The translations under genes were made by a program, and so were the position numbers. Positions 40,160 to 54,424 of a DNA stretch of 64,000 nt are shown piece after piece. The notes under the pieces are model-generated. The model did not search any database, was not told where the DNA came from, and worked only from the letters and a program-made list of their open reading frames with translations. This stretch comes from Octopus sinensis (taxonomy: Eukaryota): contig NC_042997.1 of the NCBI RefSeq assembly GCF_006345805.1, forward strand, positions 124,434,001 through 124,498,000, written 5' to 3'. Position 1 is the stretch's first letter. Each line of letters opens with the position of its first letter.

Positions 40160-40799
40160 GTATGTATGTATGTATGTATGTATGTATAAATATATAAATG
40201 GAGTTATAGATATGGTGCTTCTTTCATTCCTTTAATGTGTGTATGTAGATATACAAACAAACACTGCATCCATAAACTCCTTTCTGTAACCTGATCAAGA
40301 AGAGGTCACTGGAAATCAATGTGCTGGTTATATATTTGATGCGGTCTACTGTGCTGCGTGTTTGCGCGTGTATAAGCGTCTCTATCACAAGACAAATATG
40401 CCAGTCACTAACACTTAGACACACATAATCCTTCGATGGGGTCACAAATTGATCAAACCTGAAATATTTTCTGTCATTACAAAAGAAGATTAATTTTGGC
40501 ATTCAGATTTTGAAATTTATATAGGTGAGAGATCAATATCACATTGTAGGATGTCACATTTGGAAACGAATTTAGGAGTGGGGTGTAATTCGCATAGGAG
40601 TTCGTGTATGTATGTATGTATTATGTATGTATGTATGTGTGTATGTATGTATACATGTATGTATGCATATATGCATATATGTACGTCTCTGTTTGAGTGT
40701 GTGTATATATCTTTATGTGCGTGCCTGTGTATGATTAAGTGTATCATGAAGGCGACCATTTTCATTACAAAAAGAATGCTGTGAGACAACAAAACATTA

Positions 40800-41400
40800 G
40801 GGCCAACAAATGTTCATAGATGTTGGTACCAATGTGCATTTCATAGCAGATTGCAGATCATTTTTAAGTGGAGAATGACAGAGAGAAGAATGAATGCAGA
40901 AAATATAGAAGAATGAATGAAGAATGAATACAGTCCGTCTTAGCATGAAAATAGGCATTCCAGTCGTGATTATGATAAAATTTGTAGCAACATGCAAATG
41001 TATCTTTAACTCTTTTGTTGATCGTTTGTGTAAATCTGTCTGAGGTAGTAATTAAGCGCAATGCAATTTCAGATGATCTGCGAGTTTTTCCTGGTGATTT
41101 GAGCAGTTTGTTTCACCAGACTATGAAACCGCTGATGCAAGGGATGCTATTAGGGTCATAGGTTTCGGCATGTGTGAGACTCTGGAGAGAAGTAGATTTG
41201 TTGACAAATGTAGTCTGATTAGAAATGACGGAGCTATGTCCAAGTAATTGATTTGAGGTTTGAGAGCAGTGAGGTGAGAAGATTCTGTTTGTCGCGTGGG
41301 GTAATATATAATGTATATTGGTAAACATGTTGTTAGATGGATATAATCAAAACGTCCCATGTTTGCACAGGCAATAAAAGGATGAAGATGGAAATTGATC
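40800..41400 (-). mobile_element. Possible ancient Penelope relic
   Basis: INYLDI (compare SFLDI) and ICYEMHIGT (compare LCNSLYIGQT) occur in the expected order; heavily decayed. Confidence 0.35.
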
Positions 41401-41750
41401 ATTAAACGGTCTGATGAGTGTGTTGAGAAAAAGATGAAAGGTGTGGCGTGTCCTATTTAATTGCTAGTGCTATATGGACACTAAATAATCAGAACCAAAA
41501 GTTGTCTAAGTTAGAAATGGATTGAGAGGATGCATCCTAACATTTACAAGGAAATTTAATGTTTGTAAATGCAGACTTGGTTCTAATTTGGCTTTCATCT
41601 TGGATATAACCAGGAATATTTCTGTTCTGAGAGCCATTTTCCAAATGAATCGCATCTAATAGTTATTACATATTTTCACATTCCAGAGATTAAACTTATT
41701 TTAAACTCTTTTTCTCTGTGAAATATGCCGGAAATTCATAAAATATGACA

Positions 41751-42058
41751 CGGTGATTGCGCATAGTTTAGTGGTCGGGTTATTCGGCTTACGATTTTAC
41801 GCGCGTGATTTCGTTTCCCCATGATGCGTCGTATCCTTGGGCGAGTCACTTTATTTCATGTTGGTCCAGTTCATTCAGCTGGCAAAAATGAGTTGTACTT
41901 GTAATTCAAAGGGTCAGTCTAATCCCATTCTGCGTCACACCGAATCTACCCGAGAACTACGTTAAGGGCACGCACGTCTGTGAATGTTCATTTCACGAGC
42001 GGGCTGATCAGTTGATCGGATCAACTGGAACTCTGGTCAACGCAACCGATGGAGTACT
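41751..42058 (+). mobile_element. Older copy of the 22955-23289 SINE type
   Basis: Shares cagctggcaaaaatgagttgtacttg...gagaactacgttaaggg. Confidence 0.8.
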
Positions 42059-42825
42059 AGTTGTAACACAGGTTGTAATGCAAAACATTTGAAAAGTTCG
42101 ATTTTTTTAGTTTTATATAGTTGAGGACTACTATAAATAGGCAGTGGTTTGTTTTCCTGATTTTTGTATAGTTTTCTATCTTTTAGTGATCTTCTTTAAT
42201 TTTGAAAGAAAGAACATTTCTAAATAGCTCATTTTTCTGTTCAGATGCTAACTTACTGAGACTTTGTCTGTGATAACCCGCAAATACGTGGATGCCAGTC
42301 GAAATAATTCATTGTATTTCATTTCGTAACTAAACAGCCTGATTTCAAACTCGAACATGGCAACTGGAATCGATGATATATCGATTAAATGCTCGAGATC
42401 TATGCTGGCTAAATGAGAAAGTTCCCTAATAGTTAAATTGCAAAATGTTTAAATGGACTTCATTATGTTTTCTCTTGCCATCAAAACAGGGATTAGCGAT
42501 TATAAGAATATAGGATACTTTAATTATAAACTGAAATTTAATGCAAAAGATTCTACGTTCTTCGGATAAAATAGCAATAAAATAATTTTTCTCCAATAAA
42601 ATATCTATAAAATAATTAACTACTCGGAAAGATAGAATTATTTCTGTGCACCTCTTAAGACGTTAAGTAAAACACGGTATAATACTTAAGATATTAAGTA
42701 AAATATTATGCATTATGATTTTATATAATGGAATGGTAAAATTATATATATATATATATGTGTGTATGTATATATATATACATATATATATACATAAATA
42801 TATATATATATATAAAAGTATTGAG

Positions 42826-42901
<76 letters not shown>

Positions 42902-43804
42902 TTTTGGACAGAAATACATCCAATTTATGTATGCGTATATCTATGTATACATACATAGATACATAGATAACATGTATACAGATAAAATACTTCCATATAT
43001 ACGTGTGTTTAGGCGTATGTCTATGTTTGTATGTGTCTATGTATGTATGAATCTATGTATTTTAAAAGTTCTATTGTGCAATGAAAATGGAAAAGCAATA
43101 TTCGTATGGATTATTCTAGCTTCACTCTCATTTGTATTGTGTTTCATAAACTGTTCTTCACTGTAAAAATTATCAATACAAACAATAATTTCTTTTGTTC
43201 CGTGAGGTGTATTTTAAGATGAAATATTGAAATGGGGGAATTGTTTTCAGGGATACCTTCAGCATGAAGAATAAATAGTCAAGTGGAGATAAAATACTTA
43301 ATGTTGTGAACGTTCAACCCACCCAAAAATTCTAATCAATCAGCGAGTAATCAAGTGAAAGCGAGTAACCAAGTGAAAACATTTTATCATTAGTTCTTGT
43401 CAAGAAAGTTAGGGGAGAAAACTTTGAAATGCAAATTGCTTAAGCATTATGCAGTGGGGTTTGGCGATGAGTATAATATATTACACAGCTTTTCTCTCCC
43501 CGTCTGTTGTAATCTTATAAGCTCAACCTGTTAATATTGCACGAGATCACACGTAGAATAATGGAAATATGGGAGTTCTTAATTTTTTGTTTGCATTGCA
43601 AACATTAAGCTGCAGAATTGTATAGCATTAACACGCCAGTTAATATTCTATAACTTCCCACTTTTCTTCTCTAGAATACTGAAGTATGAATTCAAAATAC
43701 AATATATTATTCTACTCTCACAAGATAATTGTTGTAATAGTAATATCAACAGTAGAAAGAAACATAACCATAAATATGGCGGCATGCATGACTGTAGGCA
43801 AGAA

Positions 43805-46800
43805 TTATGCTTCATAAATCCATGATTTCTGTTTCAATGTCAGTGAGCGATTTTTTACGCTGGTATGTGTTACAATAGCCCAGGGTCGAGATAAGCCAGA
43901 TGAGCAGAATTTGATAAACATAAAATAAATGGAAGCCTTTATGAAGAAGCTTGCTTGATTTGGTGTGCTAACCATTATCTGACACCCAGTCTTAACGCCT
44001 CCAGCGAACGTTTGGGTAACTTTACCTTTTACGACTCTCTCGAATAGGTCACGTGCTAGAGGATAACTTCTCTTTCTCTGATAATTTATGGGTGCCCTGA
44101 AAAGAAACGTGTGTTGCCCTTCCATTACAAATCTGACTAAAACATTAAGGAAAAATGTTATACAGGGAGCCTGCTTTGCTTTACTGAAGGTTTGTCACTG
44201 TTCAACATTTAATCATAGTGGGTACCTTTCGCTTTGAACTTACGATCTGTAATCTCTCGACAATTATTTTATCTGCATAAGGTTTTATGTTTATGATCAT
44301 ATAAATCTCTTATTGTTAAGTTATTTTAGAAAAAAATATAAGTGCTTAGCTACAAATCATCATCAAACGCTAAAAAAGATTTTATATTATATTAATGAAA
44401 TATCAAGCGCACATTAAAGACTAGAAAGAGTCAAACTTTAAAGAATGTGAATATTAAACGCATTATCTATTTTTTTATAATTGTAGATTTAAAACTAATG
44501 TAGGTTAAGTTGGAAACATCTATGTCATTTTACACAGTGCATTTATTGTGAAATCTCATTTTTTCTTTATTACATTTTCACATTGAAGAAGAGCACTTTC
44601 CATCAAGATTTATGATGCACTTTGTAAATGAAGGTGCAAGCTATACTGGAACTAGCTTGTTTACTTTTTCAATCCACCCTTGATTTGTAAGGTTTTGTTA
44701 TCTGCATATGGGGGGAAACATTTATGCTAGTTTCCCGGAAATATGATGCAGACAAACACTCGCTGTAATGTACCTGTTCTTCATTTCTCTCCCGTTACAG
44801 GCTAATGCTTGCTTGAAATGCGCTCTTTTCAGATGTTAGTACCAAGACATCGCTCACTGAGGACATTCCCTCCAGGTTCCTTGTCCTAGACAAACAACTT
44901 CATTTTTAGATTATCTCTGTATATTATCTGTTTGGTTTTCATTGGAGAAAGCCTTGCGGAAAAATTATATCACATACTTTCTCAGTTGTGGAAATAAAAA
45001 ACATGGGATACTAACGGCCGCTGCATATTTTTCACTGAGTTGAAGAACATGTTCTTCGTTTTTAGGCACAATGTAATACGCAGTACTGTTCAGAGAAAGC
45101 ATGAGAATTGTTGCTTTGTATAATTTTTCACCGAATATTGAATCATTGCTGTTGAGGGAAACGATGTGGTTTCATTTTGGAATGAATCCAGATTTCAGCT
45201 TCTCGGTTTTCAGTAATAATGTGGTAGAAATTGCATCGAAGTATTACTACAACTTCTGTGCTTAAGGAGTGAATTACACTAACGTATTAAATATTGAATA
45301 TCAAACAGTTGTACCTGAAACGAGTACCTACCCGCTCAGGATTGCGTTTTCTTAATTGTGTACCATTTCATACATTGAATCTTTCACCTCCCGAAGTTAT
45401 ATACCTTTTGCTTCTTGATACTTTACTTTTATAAGCATCGTCGCAAATTATGAAAATAAGCCTTTCTTATTTACATATGGGGAAATTTATACCATTTTGT
45501 TGGAACTTTTAATACTGCCAGCCACTTGCTATCATGTACCAGTTCCTAATTTCCCTCCTGTGACATCTCTGGTTTTCAGTGTCTGCTACTGGTGTGGAAC
45601 AATACTTAAACCTGCTTCTCTTTTCAAATCTTGCCGAATCCATGAGGATAACACTTTCATGAAATACTGATCAAAGGCATTTCCAAGACATTAGTTCCAG
45701 TTAGAATATAAATTAGATTTCCACTACCATTATTAATGAACTGGTGAGTATCTGTCACTGCTCAATTTTCATCTTCGAGTAGATCATTGAGTGTATGAGT
45801 TTCCATAATTGATGCAAATAATGTGAGTTGGTGCAGGAGACGAAATACCATTCAGAAGAAAGTAACTTGATGTATGAAAAGGCTTCGTGATGAAAGAATT
45901 TCATTCAGACTCCTACCATGGCTATCTAAGGCACCAGATGCCAATTCATAAAACCCTATTTGTGTATATTTTCTTAAAGGTTATCCTCAGTTGAAAATTA
46001 TTCTTTTGATAGACAGTAGCAATTTATTTAGTTTGGGGTGGGGTTGAAAGGTGGCAACTTCTGTGAACCATTTCACTATGAGAATTATCACATTTTCATC
46101 TCTTTGGTTCTAAAATGTAAACAGAGGTGGCTCAAAACACGTTATTACAAACTTTATTGTCAAGTGTTTTCATATCTGCACAAGCTTCTTTAAAGAGATG
46201 TCCTATGCTCAAAAGGGCATCTAACACGTCTGAAACATAACGCAAAGAGATGTTGATATGCATTTTGTTCTGCGCGCCATTTGTTCTGTCATTTGTTTCT
46301 CTGAAATGCTTAACAACACGACTTGATTTAAGTGAAATCAGAGTCCTAAGCTCTAACATCATAGAGATTTCAATATTACTAATCTTTCCTCCAAACAAAA
46401 TCTTTTCACTCATAGAACTTTTATGTATGCATCATACAAACTAAGAATTGATGTAAACGATGACAGCTTCTGGCACATCCACTTTTCTTTTTAAAAAGAA
46501 TTCTTCTGAAAAAAATATGGAAGAGACTCTAAGTTTCATGAAACCAGGAATCTCGACAACATGGGTTCATTCCACAAATTCAGCCGAACATTCTCTGTTC
46601 GAACTACATTTTTTTTAAAGATATAAAAAAGAAAAGTTATCAGTTAGAAATGGCTAGATGCCAAGACATCATAATTCTTCAGCTAAAAGTTCAGAATTGT
46701 GTATTCTTTAACTGGAATTATATTCGTTTCGATCGCCTTGATATCACATTCATCTTGTTTGGTCTATTTTGGGTTTTTCCTACATTTATTGCCTGTTTTC

Positions 46801-46830
46801 AATTAAATTAATGCGTTCTTCTAAAATGCT
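43805..46830 (-). pseudogene. Decayed endogenous viral element: bunyavirus-like L protein (RNA-dependent RNA polymerase) fragment; boundaries approximate
   Basis: Ordered degenerate motifs on the minus strand: PA-C-like NK..SLRYVSDVLDALLS (ORF 46132-46413); motif F VPHQ*QTLKTRDVTGG (~45606-45555); motif A DSKW (45533-45522); motif B RYNCLIFNI*YVSVIHS (45316-45266); motif C IHS plus frameshift then NETTSF (~45187-45160); motif D-like LQLSEK; KEPGG like P.ELGG (44882-44868); LFRAP and NQASFFIKASIYF (ORF 43805-44125). Many stops and frameshifts. Confidence 0.72.
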
Positions 46831-48077
46831 GTAAACAACTAAGAAAAAACAAATTTCCGGCCCTAGAGAGTAGAGAAATGGGATTGTGCTAGGTTCAAAT
46901 AGTTTTTAGTTTCCTCATCTTAATAAGGATGTGATTGAAAGAAAGGTGATTGAAAACGACTCATAGATATGATAATCCATGCACTCATCTCTATTCAATA
47001 CTACTTTCGACCTTACAAGGGAATCGTTATATATTCACTCTAACACCTAGATATAAGTTGAATTTTACTCAAATCGTGATCTACCGCCTTAATTGAACAA
47101 AGCTATACCTTAGACACTGTTGTCCCTGATATAAAAATAGATGAGCAAGGATGGCAAGCTTTTGATCATAGATTTGCACTAAAGTCGATGACCTAGGGTT
47201 GAAGATGGACTGTCCGTATTTTGGCAATGAATTATTAATTTTTATCTTATGTTCGAAGCTAGAAAAGTAGAGAGAGAGAGGGGGAGAGAGAGTAGGGGAG
47301 ATTATATAATGCTCATGCCATTAACAGGTTCATTAAAGACATAAGTGAAGTGAAATAACTGTAGCTACATTTGGCTCACATGCACTATTTCATTTGTATT
47401 TATCGATAATGTAATAATGTTTTCCTTACAAGAGCCGAAGCCAAAGGTGGGTGTTATGGGTCGAAAGAAAATTGACGTTGTGAATATTATGCCTTTTCCC
47501 AAGTTACTGACGATTTCACTGAAGCATAAATTGAAGCCATAACGTGAAAAGATTTCGCTAAAACATTATGTCTTTTGTTGTATATTTATGGGATATGTCC
47601 ATTCCGTCAATTATTAATTACATAGAGAGTAAGGAAAGCACTAGTAATCAGTTTTCTTGGAAATTGCAAGCAAGTCTCCCATCACAATAAACGTTTTATA
47701 TGGAATTGATGTGAAAGATGTAATTTCAAAACTGTACAAGTATTTCACAACGATTTTCGAAACAAATCATGAGAAAATTATATGGGGCTGCAAAATGTTA
47801 GATGTTTCAGTTCGTAAAGAGAAGTAGCTTTGTTGATCATAGAAATGTGTTTTTATAATACTTCTTTTTATATATATTTTTTTTTATTTGTTTGCTTTCC
47901 ATGCTGTTCAATGTACGCCAGGGCTTTCTTGAAGGTTTATAGTAGCATATCACGTTTTTCATTTAGAATATGTTGCTAGCGTCTCCCACCATCTTTCCGT
48001 ATTTCTAAAGAAAAGTACACTGTGAGTGGTTTCCATAACCGCTCTCCTGCTGGGACATTGTAACAAGAGAGAGAGAG

Positions 48078-48312
48078 AGAGAGTGAGGATGGAGATAGGT
48101 GAGAGTGAGGGTGGAGAGAGGTGAGAGTGAAGGTGGAGAAAGATGAGAGTGAGGGTGGAGAGAAGTGAGAGTGAGGGTGGAGTGAGGTGAGAGTGAGAGT
48201 GGAGGGAGGTGAGTGTGAGAGTGGAAAGAGGTGAGTGAGGGTGGAAAGAGGTGAGAGTGAGGGTTGGGAGAGGTGAGAGTGAGGGTGGAGAACGGTGAGA
48301 GTGTGGGAGAGA
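48078..48312. repeat. 22-bp purine-rich minisatellite, about 10 copies
   Basis: Unit approximately GGTGAGAGTGAGGGTGGAGAGA. Confidence 0.9.
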
Positions 48313-51132
48313 GATAGACAGACACCCGCTCAGAGGAATCGACCAAATATTTGAAGGACGAAAGATGACATTGGTGAGGTTTGAAATCTGAACACAGAGA
48401 GCTGGAACAAATCCCACAAGGCATTCTATCCAACGCTCTAACAGCTCTGCTAATACACCGAATTTTGTTTCATTAATTAGTTTACTTCAAGTTTTTGAAA
48501 GACAGCGAGTAGCAATGTTTTGGAACATTAGAGCAAGCAGCTCTATTGATAGGGAACATATCAGAAAACCATTCAGGCTATACATGACATTTTGCCCCCA
48601 AAGAAAAAAGAAATTACTCTTTAGATTTAAAGCTCTGTTTTCCATCACGTTTCTCTCAAAATAAAAATTGAGCGTTTAGGATTATTTCTGCGAGGTGAAT
48701 GATCAAATCAGCGATAACACAGATGGTATTGAGATATTGTAAGACGATTTTTCTGCTGAAGTTACAATTATAATCACTATCTTACAATCAATCTATTGAT
48801 AAAAGACTGCATTATCGAATGCAGCTCTGTTGGATGTCTTCTTGACAAAAATAACAGCTGGATCAAGATGAGAATCTAAATGATTTCTTCCCTGAATAAT
48901 GCCATTATGAAAGCAAAAGATATAATTTGCCTTTACACTATCTTAATTAAAAGGTGGTAAGTTAATTTTTAAATATCGATAGCGTCTTATATTAATCTGT
49001 TGCCGAACTATGTGAAGGTAAGCGTTATGTTGGAAATGGATGACTATTGATTGTAAGAGTATTTATTTCCTAAACACTTATGAATAGACAAAACATAGCA
49101 CGTACTTCCTACATCTTTTGAAATGCATTTATTTTCTCTCGAACATTTTCACTGCATGTAATAAATGAACAGAAGCTAAATCTTCATGTATTGATTTATG
49201 TTCTTTGACATGGGGACTTTTTGTTTCTTTGTTTGTCCCTTTTTATAAAAGAAGAATATTCCATAAAACTAATCCTAAACTATTATACTATTTTTGCTAT
49301 CACTGAAGGCGAGTGAGAATCAAATTCTCCTCAACATTTAGACAGAATTCAGAGAAATCAAACATAAACATTTTAACTCTTGAGCTGCTGCATTGCTTCC
49401 ATAGTAAAACGATTATATTGCCAATCTTCAGGTCTAGGTAATATGAACTTATTTTGCTATTTACATCCTATTTCATGGATACTAAACATATAATATCTGA
49501 AGAACTTTGCTATCTTTAGTCTAAGATGTCAGTTCAAAAATTTGCTTGTGTGTCATTATATCTTAATGCCAACTAGTTACAGAGTGTACCGGGTGATTTT
49601 GCGTTGCAGTATCACCAGTGCTTTTTATATGGCACCAACACCATGCTTTTTTACGTGGGGCCAGCACTTTCTACGTAGTAACACGGATAATTCTGCTCAG
49701 TCTCCTCTAAACCCGATATCTATTGAAGGAAATTAAATATCGTGGCTCACATCGAACAATAGTCTGTCAAGTAATAAAGCTAAGCAAGCAGCATTTTTTG
49801 TTGTTTCAATTGATGAGGATGTATGTAACCCACATTAGTTATATGAACTTAAAGTGTTCTGTCGTATATCATAAAGATGACATGACAAATATTGCCCATA
49901 CGTTGATTTCGACATTTCAACGTGGAAAGACAGGCCAAATAAATCGACTGTATGTAAACTAACCGCTTGGGTATCATTAAAATGTGTAATCAGAAAGACA
50001 TATTACCCACTTGAAATTATTGACAAACTAATAAGTTTTGAATACGTAAGAACATTACGTTGAAAGGACAATTAGTTATTCTTCAAGCATTTTATAACGT
50101 AAGTTCTTATTATAATGCTGAAATGTTTGATTTCTGCCTGGTATCAGTTTGAAGAACAAAAGATCGGTCAGCGAGATTCAAGATAGCTAATGGAGTCGCT
50201 GCTGGAAATCATATCATTCTCGCTTTCACCAGACATTATTTCACACGAACATTAAATTCAGCTGGATAGATATTACTAATTAGTCCACAGCGCACGTTCC
50301 AATATCGAATCGTCCGGTAAGAAAATTTCAATACATTTTGCCAGTATAATAAACACAGCCTCCAGGTCGGCAATCGTATTGTGACGATTAACATTTTCTC
50401 AATGTATCAGAGAAGCTCGTATAGAAATAGGAAGTCATCAAACATTCCGTAGACAAACGGAGAACGCAATGCGAAGCCAAAAGACAAAAATCAGCAAAGT
50501 AATACAAATATAAAAAAAAGACTGCTGAATTGTCATTAAAAAATCTCATGTTTTCTTAAATCCTCTACCATTAATACGATCAAATGCGAACTATGTTGTG
50601 AATAATTGCAGTGTTGATTTGTGTATGGTTATGTTAGTCATGCATATTACAGCGGAATCACTGTACAAATCTCACTTTATTTCAATACAGAAATTTAGGG
50701 TGACAATTATTCATTGTAGGTCTAACTGTAAAGTTTCAGTCAGAATATTGATCCATGTTTTATAGATATTTACTGGGCTGTGCTGTGGTCAGTTGGATTA
50801 AGAACTTAATGCTTTCCATTCATAAGGCTTAAAAGAATGTAATTTATTTCTGCTATTGTGTCTTACTGCAGTGAGTGAACACAGCACATCAAAGTGAAGC
50901 AGTAATCAATCGCACAACTAGTGACAAAACCCTGAATGACCATCAGCAGTATATAACAATTGAGGCCGTACCAGTCCGTATCGATTTCTCTCTAGTTAAT
51001 ATGTACACTATGAACTTAGCTTTTACTCATACCGAAATAGGCGAATTTTCATTTCTTAAATGCGCTTGTTTGCAAAAATAAATCTTGTAAAAGTAACACT
51101 CGCACACACACAAATACACACACACAGCCACG

Positions 51133-51197
<65 letters not shown>

Positions 51198-52004
51198 GCT
51201 GTATAAATTTATTCGCTCAGAAATATGCAGAGAAGTCAAGTTTTTCGGAAGACTAAGTAGATGCAGGTTTCTGTCTGCCTCCTTTTATTACTCTGGTATC
51301 CAAGCCAGTCGACATTAAAATACTGAAATTCTTCTGATTCCAAACAAAATTTTAATATTCAGAGTATTGTGTATTCTCGTAACCGTGATTTTACTTATGT
51401 GGTCAATCTCTCCTCTTGAAGAGTGAAAATGGATTAATCACTATAAATGTAAATAGTTTTCACAGAATTTCTCTTGTCAATAGAATTTGTAAACCGAAAC
51501 ACACGAGTTTATGACTTAATATTTGAAACTAACATACGACATTAAAAGAGATATTAAGTTGCTGTTTACAGAATGGGTTAAAATTAAAACATTTTCAAGC
51601 CGAGATGTCACGGTTTAATAGTGAAATTTATTAACTTGTCATGATAAAAGTGTCTAAGATTTCTGATAAAATTATTTCGGAATCTGTGAGAAAAGTCAGC
51701 AAGTAAGAAATTGAATTTGACAGCGTTATAAATTAAACCGATACGCTGAAATCTAAAAGTTAAGAAATAAAATTAAAAGATAATAAAAAAGTTATAAGTC
51801 ATATATATATATAGGTTGAAGTAATCAATAGCAATGGAAATATTTAGTGGTCATAAGGCTTTACTTTCAATGTTTATGGCAGTTACATCGAGCTCAATAT
51901 ATTGAATAGCGTAAAACACAAAAATACTTTTCTGAAAAATGTTGTTTAGAAAAAAGTGATGTCGGATTTACTCGAAGTTAATTTGGTTTCGGTTTTAGAG
52001 TTTA

Positions 52005-52385
52005 CTAGCAGTATCGCTCGGCCTTGCTGGTGTTTGTTTTCTTTTCTACCCTTTAGAATTGGAATTTTTGAAAAGTAAAAAATTTGCATTATATAGCTTG
52101 TTATTCTCTTTGAGTGAACATATTTCTGGTTGAAATACACCGAAAAATGGCGACACAGCAGTCAAAAAATCGTAAAAAATAGTGATTATCATACGGAAAT
52201 CATCTTTTTGATGTAAATAATTTTTGGTGTTAACATGGTCCGATTTGAATGCTTTCTTCTACGGAAGAAAAAGCATACTTTCAATTTTGGTCAACTTGCG
52301 CCGCAGGGTCTCGGAGGAGATAGTGTTAGTTGAAAGCTACCAAATCTGCGATACACAGACAACGTCAGCTTTATATATAGAGAGA
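52005..52385 (-). mobile_element. Non-autonomous Helitron, same family as 24250-24642
   Basis: Colinear with the first copy, with the same TC and CTAG termini at an A|T site. Confidence 0.8.
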
Positions 52386-53204
52386 TATAGTGATTTCTAA
52401 TATTAGCACGGGGGACCAAAATTTGGGAAAGTGCATAGTGAAGGAATTCGGTCCCAGTATTTGACTGGTCGTGTTATTTTATTCTTACTGAATGAAAAAG
52501 AAAGCGAAAGTACAAAAATGTCGTGCATGAACAAAAAGAGGCATTTCGTACAACGTTTGAACTACTCTGGCCAATGCATACCTTTAGTGAAACTGTTATG
52601 TGTGTGTGAGTGTGTGTGTGCGTGCGTGTGTGTGTGCGTGCGTGTGTGTGTATGTGTGTGCGTATATGTGCGTGTGTGTGTGTAAAACACAGGATACACA
52701 ATCTCCCAGTGTACGAAATTTTCAATGAGATTTTGATTCTTAACCGAAATATTTCCCTTTACCTCTATTATAAAGAATCTTATAATTTACTAATTATTTG
52801 GGAGGAAAAAGGAACATTCTACATTCCTTTTACATGCCTGGGGAGATTGATACAGCTAAAAAGCATATGCAGAAACATATTCAGGAAAAGCTTGAGCGGA
52901 CGAGGCCTGTCCGGATATTTCTGGATCGAATGATTGCAACACTATAAACTAAGAACTACCAAAAAATATCTTGGTATTCTTTTTCTAATACTCAGGACAG
53001 CATTGGTTAGGTGTCTTCAAAAACATAATATCCTTTGATCGTACCAATTTTAACAGGCATTTTATCTCAGATTCTTGTATCAAATATGTCGCATCTGGGT
53101 ATTAATGAAATTTTAATGTAGTTTTTTTAAAATATTCGGATAGGTTTCCTTATAAACCAGCCACTCATGTAGAAGATTCCTGAGACAACGTCTTATTCTT
53201 TTGT

Positions 53205-53668
53205 TTTCTTTTATTCATTTATTTGTTTCAGTTATTTGACTGCTGCCATGTTGGAGCACCGCCTTTAGTTGAGCAAATCGACCCCAGGACTTATTCTTTG
53301 TAAGCCTAGTACTTATTCTATCGGTCTCTTTTGCTGAACCGCTAAGTGATGGGGACGTAAGCATAACAGCATCGGTTGTCAGGCGATGTTGGGGGAACAA
53401 ACACAGACACACAAACATATACATACATACACACATACACACACATATATATATGTGTGTGTGTGTGTATGTATATATATATATATATATATATACATAC
53501 ATACACGACGGGCCTCTTTCGATTTCCGTCTACCAAATCCACTTACAAGGCTTTAGTTGGCCCGAGACTATAGTAGAAGACATCTGCCCAAGGTGCCACG
53601 CAGTGGAACAGAACCCGGAACCATGTGGTTGGTAAGCAAGCTACTTACCACATAGCCATTCCTACGCC
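53205..53668 (-). mobile_element. SINE family B
   Basis: Reverse complement of family B. Confidence 0.85.
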
Positions 53669-53984
53669 TATTACTGGAATTTTATTTCAAATTGCATAAA
53701 GTTCAAAGATTTTGTGCTGCGCAAATGGAAACCTGCATTTGTTAATTACGTAAGGAGTTGAAAAAGTAGGACAGCAACAGATTGAATATTTTAAACTTTA
53801 ATTTCCCCTTCAGATCTGATTTCACTTCTAGAAATTGTCTTTACTTCACAACTTCCAAATAAGACAAAATTACACTCAGTTTGAAAGATTTTAAAATGAA
53901 ATCTTTGTGTATTGCTAAAGGAAATCAGCTCTAATATATTATTAATCACTCCATAATTAAACTTGAAGCTAATGAATTATGAAG

Positions 53985-54136
53985 ACGCGGGCGTGGCTGG
54001 GTAGTAAGAATCTTGCTTCCCAACCACATGGATCCTGGTTCAATCGCACTGCATGGGCAAATTTCTCTTCCTATAGCCTCGGGCCGACCAAGAGTTTGTG
54101 CGTGGATTTGGTAGACGGAAACTGAAAGAAGCCCGA

Positions 54137-54178
<42 letters not shown>

Positions 54179-54424
54179 TGTGTGTGTGTGTGTGTGTCTG
54201 TGTGTCTGTGTGTGTATGTATATGTTTGTATGTCTGTATTTGACCCCCACCTCCGATTGACAACCGATGTTATGTTTACGTCCCCGTAACTTAGCAGTTC
54301 GGCGAAAGACACCGATAGAATAAGTACCAGGGTTACAAAGAATAAGTCCTGGGTTCGATTTGTTCGACAAAAGGCTGTGCTCCAGCATGACTGCAGTCAA
54401 ATGACTGAAACAATTAGAAAAAGA
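53985..54424 (+). mobile_element. SINE family B
   Basis: Colinear with family B; inverted relative to 53205-53668. Confidence 0.85.

Noticed and set aside
45541-45960. Resemblance of KREAG...QTLKTR to influenza PB2
   Set aside because: Flanks do not fit. The ordered bunyavirus motifs F, A, B and C explain the region better.
47959-48433. Two 142-152 aa Ser/Leu/Pro/His-rich ORFs
   Set aside because: Translations of the 22-bp minisatellite.
49500-50470. Possible piggyBac transposase relic (minus-strand HFND)
   Set aside because: A single short motif, with no TIRs or catalytic motifs recognisable.
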